A stretch of DNA of 64,000 nucleotides from a virus (taxonomy: Duplodnaviria > Heunggongvirae > Uroviricota > Caudoviricetes), in IMG/VR virus record IMGVR_UViG_3300032103_000073; one strand, 5' to 3'. This document shows positions 38,989-48,579 of the stretch, piece by piece. Position 1 is the first letter of the stretch, and every line of letters begins with the position of its first letter. Below the pieces are notes generated by a model. That model made no database searches, was not told the DNA's origin, and saw only the letters and a program-made list of their open reading frames with translations. Both the position numbers and the translations under genes were made by a program.

Positions 38989-39257
38989 TGCCTGAAATAC
39001 ATAGACAGGGCGATGCTAATACAGCAGGAGCCCCTGTTACATCTACACTGCAACAAACGGTATTTGCAAACAATGCATTGGTTAGTGTAGATGGCAGTTC
39101 CGTTGCTGATCACGGGCGCAGAAAGCACGATGCCCCGGTTACTGCCAATGGTAGTAGCACGGTGTTTATCAACGGTATCCCTGTTAATAAATCCGGAGAT
39201 GCAGATACCTGCGGGCATACTAGAGCTACAGGAAGCCCGGATGTTTTTGCAGATTGA
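38988..39257 (+). CDS. PAAR-domain spike tip protein
   Basis: R.GD....G...V.ANN...V.G..V..H...H......GS.TVFING.P....GD...CGH. Confidence 0.85.
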   Translation: MPEIHRQGDANTAGAPVTSTLQQTVFANNALVSVDGSSVADHGRRKHDAPVTANGSSTVFINGIPVNKSGDADTCGHTRATGSPDVFAD

Positions 39258-39275
39258 CCTAGTATAAATATTACT

Positions 39276-41378
39276 ATGGCAACCATACCTCCTATCAATA
39301 TGGGTGCGTTAAAAGTAACGTTCCCTGCAAATTTACCCAGAAACGAAAAAGACCTTATCTGTATGCTTCTTGCAGGCAGATTAAAAGACTTGTGGAACGG
39401 TAAGTTGATCTGTGCTCAATTGGCACTGGATGATTTGATTAAAAGCACAACAGGGGTATCGGGACTAGAAACACTGCGTTCTGCATTGATCGGTGCTAAA
39501 GGCTCGTTGGATAAGTTTAAGCAGGCCAGCGGCTATGATAAGATACTAAACGGTGTTAATAAGGCCCTGGGCCAAGTTAGCAACGTTTTTAGTTTAGGTG
39601 GATTATGTCCTAGTCCAGTAACTGCACCAAAAATCCCCGATATACTAGGTCAACTTAATCAAAACTTATTCGGGCAAGCCAATGGAATTTTAAATGCACT
39701 AGCACAAGCTAGCAATCCTAAAGTTTGCCTTGGAGGCGGTCCGAAAGGTTTCGGTATTGATTGGAGCAAGGTTACCGGCGACTTAAAAAACTTAAAAAAT
39801 GCCATCAATCAATTTAAGCAAAACCCGGCAAACTATCAAAATACAATCAAGGCATTTGAAGCCAACTTAAAAGCACAGGGCAGACGATTAAATGCAGAGC
39901 TTAAGCGATTAGAAAAAAACATTACTGATCCGTTAGGCATTAATGATAAAAAAGCAACTGCTAGTAATATACAACGTGCTAAAGCGATATCTGACGGATT
40001 CCCCGTCAAAGATAAAAACGGAGTAGTGCATAAAAATCCCTTACGTTCTATGCTAACAGGTGAAATAGACACAGTGATTGCAAGAACTGATCCGTTATTC
40101 TCGACACCTATAAAATATCAAACATTTCCTGTGTATGACTATTGCGGTGAACTAGTTGGCTATGAACGAAAAATACTTACAGGTGATGCCGACTATATGG
40201 GTTGGGATACTGTCTTTACAGACAACAATACTAGTCCGGGCAGTGCGTTGCCAAGTGCCAGCATTGCACAATATGATTATTCTATCATTGAGCAACAAGG
40301 GCAAGTTAAAGTGTTAGACACGTCAGGCACAGCGACTAGCTTGATTCTAACTCGCGGTCAACACTATAGAATTAAAATAGAATTAAGTTCCTTATCTTTT
40401 AATATTTTAGACACTACTTCTGTATGGTCATCCGGTATAAAAGCCGTTGCTAATCCCGTATTTGGATCCGGAGTAGAAGTCATAACAGCGGATTCTACTA
40501 CGGTCTTTGATAATAAGTTTATAGAACTTGATTGGGCAGTGCAGATTGAAAATCCAACAACACCTAACAGTTTAACAATATCGGCAAGTAATGGACAACA
40601 ACTTCCTATAACAATATCAGGAACAACTGCATTAGTTGATGCAGATAAAACTTATGATTTAACCAACGCTGCAAACAAGGCCCTGTTGTTTACAGAAACT
40701 GTTCCGTTTGCTCTAGACGATGGTTATGTTTTAACCGACAGGCCTGTTGAATCAAGAACTTATAGCGTAAGCTCTACAGCATCAGGTCTACACTTGTTTA
40801 CTGCTACTAGCACCGCCGCGTGGAATAATGGATACACAGTTGAAGTAGATACAGAAACACTTGATGACTCTGGGCTAGCGATCGAAGGCAATAAGATATT
40901 AAAATTTATACAAGCAGTGGATAGTAAGTTTTTAGTTACTAAACTTTACCTTAACGAAGCTAACGGTATGGACATAAAACAATATGTTGCTTACTTAACT
41001 GAGGATTTATCTACAGATGACACTGCAGAGCTATTGGCAACGTATCATTATGATACTAGTGTAGATTTGCCAAACGATTCTCGTTTGCCATTTAAAGACT
41101 CTAAAGAATATATGCTAACACTAGCAGATGGCGTTAAATTGGTAAACACTGATGATATAACAGTTAGTAAACTATCAGAGACTGAACTAAAGTGGTCGTT
41201 GACTTCTGGTGCTGATCCGTTGCCTGCAGGTGAGTTTATCTTTGACATAGTTATTACAGTAGACCCAACAGATGTTGATCGTAGCTATCATTCTACTAAT
41301 CCTGTATTAAAAAGCATCACAGCCAAATTTAATGGCACCAATTTTAGTTTTGAACAAGTGATCGTATTAAGTAATTGA
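39276..41378 (+). CDS. large late (virion/baseplate) protein
   Basis: TATAAATA upstream; follows PAAR; beta-rich C-half. Confidence 0.5.
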   Translation: MATIPPINMGALKVTFPANLPRNEKDLICMLLAGRLKDLWNGKLICAQLALDDLIKSTTGVSGLETLRSALIGAKGSLDKFKQASGYDKILNGVNKALGQVSNVFSLGGLCPSPVTAPKIPDILGQLNQNLFGQANGILNALAQASNPKVCLGGGPKGFGIDWSKVTGDLKNLKNAINQFKQNPANYQNTIKAFEANLKAQGRRLNAELKRLEKNITDPLGINDKKATASNIQRAKAISDGFPVKDKNGVVHKNPLRSMLTGEIDTVIARTDPLFSTPIKYQTFPVYDYCGELVGYERKILTGDADYMGWDTVFTDNNTSPGSALPSASIAQYDYSIIEQQGQVKVLDTSGTATSLILTRGQHYRIKIELSSLSFNILDTTSVWSSGIKAVANPVFGSGVEVITADSTTVFDNKFIELDWAVQIENPTTPNSLTISASNGQQLPITISGTTALVDADKTYDLTNAANKALLFTETVPFALDDGYVLTDRPVESRTYSVSSTASGLHLFTATSTAAWNNGYTVEVDTETLDDSGLAIEGNKILKFIQAVDSKFLVTKLYLNEANGMDIKQYVAYLTEDLSTDDTAELLATYHYDTSVDLPNDSRLPFKDSKEYMLTLADGVKLVNTDDITVSKLSETELKWSLTSGADPLPAGEFIFDIVITVDPTDVDRSYHSTNPVLKSITAKFNGTNFSFEQVIVLSN

Positions 41379-41403
41379 CACAAAAAGGATATTCTCGTAT
41401 ACT
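41375..41403 (+). promoter_or_regulatory. sigma70-like promoter
   Basis: TTGACA-17 nt-TATACT. Confidence 0.8.
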
Positions 41404-41425
41404 AGTATAGTTAAGGAGAATATCC

Positions 41426-41887
41426 GTGATACAACTATTAACTAAAATTCTTACCAAACTCGGACGTAAACGAGTTGTTTTGGACAGGCAAGCCAATGAA
41501 CCATATCTCGAACGCTATTACCTATTTCTCAAGGACAGAAAGCGTTTTCCCTTTAATGTGTTCCTACATAAATTTCTTAAGTCAGATCCCGATGATGTGC
41601 ATGATCATCCATGGCCTTACGCTACTCTAATTTTAAAAGGTGGTTATTATGAATGGATTCCGCAGTTTAATAGCAAAGGCGAAAAAGTTGGCGAGATTGC
41701 AAAGTGGCGAGCTCCTGGTCATTTCCGTTTTTGTCGTGCTGATAGTTATCACAGGATTGAGTTAGACCCAAGCGTTGAATGCTGGACCTTGTTTATGCCA
41801 GGTCCACAAAAGCGTGAGTGGGGTTTTCTAGTTAAGAATAAATGGGTGCATAACGATGAATATCTAACAACTAAGGCAGTAAAATGA
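41426..41887 (+). CDS. cupin-fold protein
   Basis: LHKF..SD....HDHPW....ILKGGY.E...HRIEL. Confidence 0.6.
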   Translation: MIQLLTKILTKLGRKRVVLDRQANEPYLERYYLFLKDRKRFPFNVFLHKFLKSDPDDVHDHPWPYATLILKGGYYEWIPQFNSKGEKVGEIAKWRAPGHFRFCRADSYHRIELDPSVECWTLFMPGPQKREWGFLVKNKWVHNDEYLTTKAVK

Positions 41888-42084
41888 TACAAGAACATTT
41901 TAAAAAACAAATAGAAGCAGGCACTGAGATATTTTTCTACGGGCTAGACAGAGGTACTGAACAAGATGGCAGTATTGTTGCTAGCATTATGCGTCACAAA
42001 GGCTCACTAGATACATTCCCTACTAATTTAGAATTTGTTAAAATGATGACCGAAAGTACCCCACTATTTAAGGAAGTAAAATGA
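41884..42084 (+). CDS. hypothetical protein
   Basis: ATGA-coupled ORF. Confidence 0.5.
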   Translation: MIQEHFKKQIEAGTEIFFYGLDRGTEQDGSIVASIMRHKGSLDTFPTNLEFVKMMTESTPLFKEVK

Positions 42085-42383
42085 CTGATAAAGACTTTAA
42101 ATTTGAATCGAACCTAACAGACGAGCAATGGGTTGAGTTTAGAGCATGGATTGCTGGTCATCTTAAAATGGGCCCGGTTACTATTACCTTTACTAAAAAA
42201 GACGGCACCGAACGAGTGATGAACTGCACTCTGCAACCCGAAGTGTTGCCAGTAGTAGAACTTAAAGAAGGCACGGTTGAACGTAAAGAAAATACAGACA
42301 CACTACGAGTATTTGATTTAGATAAAAAAGAATGGCGTAGCTTTACAGTTAAAAGCGTTAAACAAGTTAAATTTGAGCTATGA
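42081..42383 (+). CDS. SH3/WYL-like small protein
   Basis: VTITFTKKDGTERVM.CTL...VFDLDKKEWRSF. Confidence 0.6.
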   Translation: MTDKDFKFESNLTDEQWVEFRAWIAGHLKMGPVTITFTKKDGTERVMNCTLQPEVLPVVELKEGTVERKENTDTLRVFDLDKKEWRSFTVKSVKQVKFEL

Positions 42384-42485
42384 TTTAATGTTTATGGAAG
42401 GCAGCAAAAGCATTGACTGACGTTTCTGTTTTGCAATATAAGCAAGTTATTATAAAGATGTTATAATATAACTTTAAGGAAGATT

Positions 42486-42920
42486 ATGAAAAGGTTCTAC
42501 GCGGCATACGGCATGAATACTAACATGGGAGAAATGGCATACCGTTGCCCGGGTGCAGTTTGCATTGGCGCTGGAAGCATTGCCGACTATAAGCTGACAT
42601 TTAGAACACATGCTGACATTGAAGCTTGTGAGGGCAGTGAAATCAAATGCGTTGTTTGGCAAATTACACCTGAATGCGAATGTAATTTAGACATGCTGGA
42701 AGGTTATCCGTTTTATTACATTAAGAAGGAGTTCGTTGTAAAACTTGACAACATGTATAAAAACATGACGCATCTATCGGCAATGGCCTACCAAATGACT
42801 AATCAAACTGGAAATGAGTTCCCGGGAGACTGGTATGTGGATTGTCTTTTAGAAGGCTATGCAGAACATGGGGTTGATGTTGATCAAATTTATCAAGCAC
42901 TGGAGGAATGTAGTGTCTGA
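42486..42920 (+). CDS. gamma-glutamylcyclotransferase-family protein
   Basis: YAAYGMN.N...M..RCP.A...LD.LEGYP..Y. Confidence 0.8.
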   Translation: MKRFYAAYGMNTNMGEMAYRCPGAVCIGAGSIADYKLTFRTHADIEACEGSEIKCVVWQITPECECNLDMLEGYPFYYIKKEFVVKLDNMYKNMTHLSAMAYQMTNQTGNEFPGDWYVDCLLEGYAEHGVDVDQIYQALEECSV

Positions 42921-43218
42921 TGCAGCAAATGCTCTTAAAGATTTTATTATTAGATTTAATATAAAAGACGTTGAAATCGAACAGCAACGAACAGTAGATT
43001 CTATGCCTGTTAGTTGGTATGATCGGTCTTATTCTATCGAGCAGTATTTTACAACTTATCAAATGAATATGGTAAAGTTAAAGTTGCCCGAAGAAAATTT
43101 AAAGCATATAATTAGTCTAATACAAGAATACGAAGATTTACTTGCCGACACTGAGGCAAGAGAATTAGTCAATCAAGCAAAATTTATATATAGGTTAAAA
43201 CATGGCGCAAAGGTCTAA
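42913..43218 (+). CDS. hypothetical protein
   Basis: GTG at 42913 with SD GGAGG. Confidence 0.55.
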   Translation: MSDAANALKDFIIRFNIKDVEIEQQRTVDSMPVSWYDRSYSIEQYFTTYQMNMVKLKLPEENLKHIISLIQEYEDLLADTEARELVNQAKFIYRLKHGAKV

Positions 43219-44041
43219 ATATTGGAGCTGCACTAAATTTGCAGACTGGCTACGTGGAACTAGCAAGCCTAAAATGGGCACAGGCGAGCAATGGGATGAT
43301 TGGCATAGCCTAGCTAGTTCTACTCACAAAATTCGCTATTGGCTAGCAGAAGAAGCACTTGATGCAGTACAAAACTTTATCTGGTGGCCTGTAGATAAAA
43401 TCTATAGCGCCAAGTACTATATCAACAATCGCTGGGTCACTAGCACTCATGCGCTGACTGCAAGCCCTTGTGATATTCGTCCTGGCACTTGGTGTGATGT
43501 AGGTTATCGTTTCCTGCCTTGTTTGTTTAATGAGCTACAAAACTACGTTGAACAAGAACTTGCATGGTGGCACATCGCTTGGGATGACGCTGCAAAGAAA
43601 AAGTACAAAGCACCGTTTTGGGCTCGCGGTTGGTTCCGCTGGCGCACATGGCGTTGTCCCGAAGCGGGTATCGCTAACCTCGAATGGCAACAGAGTTTAA
43701 CAAACAGTTATCTCAACGAAGATCACGCGGACTATAATAAGCCAAGTCCTCAAGCCAAAGACGCCGCAGAAATTCTTGCCCTTTACAAATGGTGGACAGA
43801 AGTTTATCGCAACCGTCCTGATCCTCATGAAGCTAGTGGCTGGAGCGCCTACTGCGACGAAAAGCGCAATCTAAATCCCGGCTCCGTGAGCTTGTTTAAC
43901 AGCAAGAACGAAACAAAAGAAATGAAAAAGCGCGGTATTAAAGCACTTGACCTTTCTCGTAAGATTGAGCAAGGCTATGAGCGAGAAGATGAAAAGATGA
44001 TGATCCGTTTGATCAAAATTCGACATAAGTTGTGGACATGA
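43202..44041 (+). CDS. Trp-rich hypothetical protein
   Basis: 279-aa ORF. Confidence 0.65.
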   Translation: MAQRSKYWSCTKFADWLRGTSKPKMGTGEQWDDWHSLASSTHKIRYWLAEEALDAVQNFIWWPVDKIYSAKYYINNRWVTSTHALTASPCDIRPGTWCDVGYRFLPCLFNELQNYVEQELAWWHIAWDDAAKKKYKAPFWARGWFRWRTWRCPEAGIANLEWQQSLTNSYLNEDHADYNKPSPQAKDAAEILALYKWWTEVYRNRPDPHEASGWSAYCDEKRNLNPGSVSLFNSKNETKEMKKRGIKALDLSRKIEQGYEREDEKMMIRLIKIRHKLWT

Positions 44042-44463
44042 TTGAAAATCGCCGGGCACATTACGACTACGAAATACTCGAAACCTACGAGAGCGGGCTC
44101 GTGCTAGAATCTTGGGAAGTTAAAGCCATCGCAGCCAAGACTTGCAACATTGCTGGCTCGCACTGTAAGGTTATGAACGGAGCAATCTACTTGATCGGTG
44201 CCAGCATTGGATCAAGTGACAATGAACAACAGCGTAGCCGCAAACTGCTATTGCACAGTAGAGAAATCAGCCGTTTGATTGGCCAAACACAAGAAAAAGG
44301 CTTGACACTTGTGCCTTTGCGAGTATATAATAAGAATGGAAAGTTTAAGTTAGCTATGGGTCTTGCCAAGGGTAAGAAAGAGTTTGACAAGCGCGAGACT
44401 GAAAAGAAACGCACTATTGAAAACGAAACTCGTCGTATTGTAAAGAGCCAAAAGTTAGCATAA
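44038..44463 (+). CDS. smpB: SsrA-binding protein SmpB
   Basis: NRRAHYDY...YESGLVL..WEVK, RSRKLLLH, GLTLVP, GLAKGKK.FDKRE; adjacent to tmRNA. Confidence 0.92.
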   Translation: MIENRRAHYDYEILETYESGLVLESWEVKAIAAKTCNIAGSHCKVMNGAIYLIGASIGSSDNEQQRSRKLLLHSREISRLIGQTQEKGLTLVPLRVYNKNGKFKLAMGLAKGKKEFDKRETEKKRTIENETRRIVKSQKLA

Positions 44464-44475
44464 ATAGTTTTAACA

Positions 44476-44765
44476 GCGTAAAGTGAAATAAAGAACGTGG
44501 TTCAAGAAAGGGGTTCAAATCCCCTGTCCTCCACCAAAAGCATTATCACAATTAAGGGTTGGTTGCCAGATATAGACCAGATAATGCTTTTGATGGGGGA
44601 CCTCCGGAATCGATTGGGCCGTAAGTAAGTATTTTATCGCTCGGGAATGTAGAACTCGTTAGGATTGGGGTAACCCGGTCGAAGAAGCAAAACAAAGTAA
44701 ACGCAAACTCTGACGTATACGAATTGGCAGCGTAAGCTGACTTGGGTAACTATACCTCGAAACAG
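44476..44765 (+). ncRNA. ssrA: circularly permuted (two-piece) tmRNA
   Basis: T-arm AGGGG-TTCAAAT-CCCCT and GTCCTCC-A-CCA (44509-44536) lie upstream of the 5' strand GGGGGAC (44595) with G3.U70; tag ORF ANSDVYELAA* at 44703-44735. Outer ends approximate. Confidence 0.9.
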
Positions 44766-44773
44766 AAAATAGC

Positions 44774-44800
44774 AATAGGACCTTCGGGTCCTATTTTCTT
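44774..44800. terminator. intrinsic terminator after tmRNA
   Basis: AATAGGACC-TTCG-GGTCCTATT plus T-tract. Confidence 0.8.
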
Positions 44801-46091
44801 ATACAATTTCCTGCCAGCCTAACTGTGCCATAACATCAGCGTTATTAGCAGTTGATGTAAGAGCAAGAGTGATTATATCACTCACACCGGCAACACTGCG
44901 ACCTAATTGACACTGGAAAGCATCTGCACTTAACATTGCAACTTCTCTACTGCTAGTATAACCGCTTTGCAACTCAACACCTCCGGTTATAGCAGTTGCA
45001 CCTGTATCATATTTGACTGTTCCTGTTGTGCTAGTACCGGACCAAGTTGCTCCTGTTAAGCTAGGATTTAACAATAAGACCCAACGATAGTAATTGACAC
45101 TTGGGCTTAAAATATCAACTTGTCTTGGTAAAACAATACTGTCTAGTCTATTAGAATCTAATTTTATACTGACCATTGGGTAATAAGTACCGGCAGTTAC
45201 TAATCTCTTTTGATTGATTCCAGTTCCGGCACTTTCGGTACAGCTAAATCCCTCGTAGCCGCCTTCGCTAATAACACTGCTACAAATCTGTTTGATACTA
45301 ACACTAGCGCCTGTGCTGATTAATTCGTACCTAATAGGTAGTCTAGCAGTAGTCATATAAACACTGTCTATTAAATTGGCATGATTAAAAATGTGTGCAA
45401 TATAATAGTTACCATTTATAACAAACCCGGTTCTAACACTGCCGACACCTAGCCACTCGATATCAACAAACATAATCTGTGCTTTAGTAGTGTCTAGTGT
45501 TATACCACTTGGTCCTGTTCCATCTAATCTATCTACATTCCATTGTGATTGATCGACAGCAGTATCAACGACTGACCCGGTTATATAACTTCGCTTGCAC
45601 ATGCGTAACTGACCATTTGACTTTTCTAAATAAATCCCATTTTGTGCGCTAAAATAACCTGCACGTTGAGTAACTCCGGCAGTGCCAGCAGACATAACAA
45701 AAGTATTAAACACTAACAAACTCTTGCCGGGTTGATAGGCAAATACTCTTTTAGATTCGGCTACGACACTGCCTTCACCTGAGCAACTTAATCTTACGCT
45801 ACTTTCGTTTGGCAAATAAGTAGCGGCGCCTGCGCCGCTAGCACCATAGCTGAATTTGTCATTTAGGCGATATCTGTTCTGACTGTCGAAAATAGTGTAA
45901 GGGCTGCTGACACGTAGTCTTCCGAACGCATCAGTTGCGGCATTTACGTTGCCGCCACCACCTACACTAGGGTTACCTCCTGTGCTAAACCTAGCAGCGA
46001 CCCTAATCTCAGGCTGGGACTGCGGGTTATACTGCATTGTTTGGTGCAAGTTAAATAATTTTGGGTCGTCGGGGTGTTGATAGTTAGACAT
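44799..46091 (-). CDS. Gly/Ser/Thr-rich beta-sandwich (probable virion) protein
   Basis: ATG at 46091 with SD AAGGA; beta-rich composition. Confidence 0.6.
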   Translation of the reverse strand: MSNYQHPDDPKLFNLHQTMQYNPQSQPEIRVAARFSTGGNPSVGGGGNVNAATDAFGRLRVSSPYTIFDSQNRYRLNDKFSYGASGAGAATYLPNESSVRLSCSGEGSVVAESKRVFAYQPGKSLLVFNTFVMSAGTAGVTQRAGYFSAQNGIYLEKSNGQLRMCKRSYITGSVVDTAVDQSQWNVDRLDGTGPSGITLDTTKAQIMFVDIEWLGVGSVRTGFVINGNYYIAHIFNHANLIDSVYMTTARLPIRYELISTGASVSIKQICSSVISEGGYEGFSCTESAGTGINQKRLVTAGTYYPMVSIKLDSNRLDSIVLPRQVDILSPSVNYYRWVLLLNPSLTGATWSGTSTTGTVKYDTGATAITGGVELQSGYTSSREVAMLSADAFQCQLGRSVAGVSDIITLALTSTANNADVMAQLGWQEIV

Positions 46092-46142
46092 AATAGTATC
46101 CTTTTTAGTATTTACCAAAATTTTGGCAAACTAAATAACACT

Positions 46143-46826
46143 ATGAAACCAGATGTATATATTTGTGGCTGTAGCTTTTCTTCTGGATTTTACCGAAAAG
46201 AAAGCAATCCGTTTGTTGCCGGTCAATTCATCCCTTATCCTGAAATATTTTGCAGTATAAAAGAATTGACATTTGTTAATTTGTCATTTCCTGGTGCATC
46301 TAACTATGCTATAACTAAACAGGTTGAATTTGCTATAACACAAAAACCAAAGTTAATCATAGTCAATCTTACAACCTCAGGACGATTAGATTGGACTCAT
46401 TCAAACAAACGATTAGCAGCAGCACCTACGTTGAGGGATATTACATATAATCAATCATCAGATCATCCGTTACTTAATGCAAGCAACACTATATTATCTA
46501 TGCCTATTGCAACCATGATAAATGAAGATAATGTAGACAGTATAGTTGCAGAATATATTGCAGAATATATAGATATTCGATTATTATCGGACAAAGATCG
46601 CTTATTAATTTTAGGTATGTTTTCGTTATTAGACGGCTCTACTATACCTTATTTAGCAGTGAATTTTTCAAAAAAACTTGGAAAAAAAATTAGACCGGAA
46701 GTCTATGATGTCTCACTTCTTTCTCTGATTAACAATTATCCTATACCAACGGATGATTGTCATTTTAATCAACTTGGACATCAATACATTGCACAACTGC
46801 TTGTTGCTAATTATGTTGGAGATTAA
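46143..46826 (+). CDS. SGNH/GDSL-like hydrolase
   Basis: ICGCSFS block I, NLSFPGASN, D.CHFN..GH. Confidence 0.6.
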   Translation: MKPDVYICGCSFSSGFYRKESNPFVAGQFIPYPEIFCSIKELTFVNLSFPGASNYAITKQVEFAITQKPKLIIVNLTTSGRLDWTHSNKRLAAAPTLRDITYNQSSDHPLLNASNTILSMPIATMINEDNVDSIVAEYIAEYIDIRLLSDKDRLLILGMFSLLDGSTIPYLAVNFSKKLGKKIRPEVYDVSLLSLINNYPIPTDDCHFNQLGHQYIAQLLVANYVGD

Positions 46827-46921
46827 AATATATTTGGCAAACTAGCCCATTGACTATTGTGTAAGTTTATATGTATAATGGTGCTAGGGCGAAAGTCCTA
46901 TTTTAAAAAGGAAATTGAAAT

Positions 46922-47374
46922 ATGAAAAAAATTGCATTAGCATCCGTTATCGCACTAGCAGCGGCCGCAGTCGGAGCAGCAGAAGTTGGCGTTACAACAA
47001 CTCGTGATTACAGCGGAGCAGAAAATCGCAATGGCGCAGGCATCACGCTAGGCCAAAGTGTCGGCCAATTTGGCGTCACTGCAGGCTTTGAACGAGCAAC
47101 AGCAGGTTCTAACGATCAAGATCGTTATAGTCTAGTAGCAGGTAAAGATGTTGCTCGTTTTGGTCAAGTAACTATTACACCTAAAGTAGGTGTTGCTTAT
47201 TTGAATAACCAAACATCTGCTGATGGTTATGCTATGACAGTCGGTCTAGGCGCAACTATGCCGGTTACTAAGCAGGTTAGCTTGGGCGTTGATTTTGCTC
47301 GTCAATACGGTCAAGACCGCGTTGCTCAATTTGACGGCAATCGTGTTTCAGTTGGCTTGAAATACAAGTTCTAA
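46922..47374 (+). CDS. small outer-membrane beta-barrel protein
   Basis: Signal peptide, amphipathic strands, terminal VGLKYKF. Confidence 0.8.
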   Translation: MKKIALASVIALAAAAVGAAEVGVTTTRDYSGAENRNGAGITLGQSVGQFGVTAGFERATAGSNDQDRYSLVAGKDVARFGQVTITPKVGVAYLNNQTSADGYAMTVGLGATMPVTKQVSLGVDFARQYGQDRVAQFDGNRVSVGLKYKF

Positions 47375-47392
47375 TTAATCTAGGGCTATGAT

Positions 47393-47417
47393 AAAAGGCT
47401 GCTTGTGCAGCCTTTTT
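47393..47417 (+). terminator. intrinsic terminator
   Basis: AAAAGGCTGC-TTGT-GCAGCCTTTT. Confidence 0.75.
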
Positions 47418-47440
47418 CCTTATCAGGTTTGCCAAAAGAC

Positions 47441-47469
47441 TTGATTTTAATAATAGTCTATTGTAAAAT
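47441..47469 (+). promoter_or_regulatory. sigma70-like promoter for the tRNA/ompA unit
   Basis: TTGATT-17 nt-TAAAAT, 9 nt before the tRNA. Confidence 0.6.
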
Positions 47470-47478
47470 ACACGTATA

Positions 47479-47555
47479 GCGCTAGTAGCCCGTAAGGTAA
47501 GGGCAGCTGATTCTAAACCAGAGTGTAGCAGGTTCGATTCCTGTCTAGCGCACCA
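47479..47555 (+). tRNA. tRNA with CUA anticodon (putative amber suppressor)
   Basis: GCGCTAG/CTAGCGC acceptor, GCCC/GGGC D-stem, loop TT-CTA-AA, GCAGG-TTCGATT-CCTGT T-arm, A73, encoded CCA; anticodon stem only 3 of 5 Watson-Crick pairs. Confidence 0.8.
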
Positions 47556-47572
47556 AACATAGAGATATAAAA

Positions 47573-48184
47573 ATGAAAAAATTACTGTTAACTGCAACTC
47601 TGTTTGCTTCTGTTGCAAACGCACAAACAAATGACAACTGGATGGCATCTGGTCAGCCCGTTCGCAATAGCACAGGTCTGTGTTGGCGTGACGCCAACTG
47701 GACTCCGGCAACTGCACACCTTGATTGTGATGGCGCGCTAAAACAAGTTGCCCAAGCACCTGCACAAAAAGTTGATATCACCAGGCCCTCTGCAACTATT
47801 GCAGCTCGTGCTCCTATCAAGCCCGACGCAGTTAAAACTAGCTATGCCGCAGATGCATTGTTTGACTTTGATAAGTCTGTTTTGAAACCTCTTGGTAAGG
47901 CGACACTAGACGGTCTAGTCGAGCGCATCAATGGTATTTCACTCGAAGTAGTGATTGTAGTTGGTCATACTGACAGCGTTGGAACTGACGCATACAATCA
48001 GAAACTTGGTCAGCGCAGAGCAGACGCAGTTAAGGCTTACCTTGTGAGCAAAGGCATTGACTCTAAAAGAGTATACACAGAGAGTCGAGGCGAAAAGCAA
48101 CCGGTTGCAGACAATAAGACTAGCAAAGGCCGTGAGCGTAATCGCCGTGTTGAAATCGAAGTAGTTGGAACAGTAAAGCAATAA
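47573..48184 (+). CDS. ompA: OmpA-family protein
   Basis: Signal peptide, CWRDANWTPAT, ALFDFDKS.L, VGHTDS.G...YNQKLGQRRA.AV, RNRRVEI. Confidence 0.92.
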   Translation: MKKLLLTATLFASVANAQTNDNWMASGQPVRNSTGLCWRDANWTPATAHLDCDGALKQVAQAPAQKVDITRPSATIAARAPIKPDAVKTSYAADALFDFDKSVLKPLGKATLDGLVERINGISLEVVIVVGHTDSVGTDAYNQKLGQRRADAVKAYLVSKGIDSKRVYTESRGEKQPVADNKTSKGRERNRRVEIEVVGTVKQ

Positions 48185-48210
48185 TCATGCAAAACATTAG
48201 GAGAAACGTA

Positions 48211-48570
48211 ATGCGTAGTGTAAAGATTGACAAGAAGAAGTTATTGGGTATTGTTCGCGAGAATAAGGAAAAGCACATTAAGGACTTTAATGAAAGCGTT
48301 GAGGATTTTAAGGCCCTTGCAGTTAAGATTACAACTGCAAACCTTGAACTAGCTAACTCTGCTGACTTAGCTAAAATTTCTCGTATTAGATCAATTCCTC
48401 AGGCTCCTACTAGCCATGAAAAGGAATACGAACGTGCCATTCGTATGCTCGAGCTAAGTGTTGAAAAAGAAATCGAAGTTGAAGAAGATATCTTTAATCA
48501 ACTAGTGCTAGATGAGTGGGCATGGAAGAACCAGTTTATCGCCAGCGCAAGTTTGTATAAAACAATGTAA
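48211..48570 (+). CDS. hypothetical protein
   Basis: ATG at 48211 with SD AGGAG. Confidence 0.65.
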   Translation: MRSVKIDKKKLLGIVRENKEKHIKDFNESVEDFKALAVKITTANLELANSADLAKISRIRSIPQAPTSHEKEYERAIRMLELSVEKEIEVEEDIFNQLVLDEWAWKNQFIASASLYKTM

Positions 48571-48579
48571 GGATACAAT

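Noticed and set aside
47505-47522. Reading the tRNA as Arg(UCU)
   Set aside because: That register leaves the anticodon stem unpaired and shifts the variable loop; the CUA register fits better.
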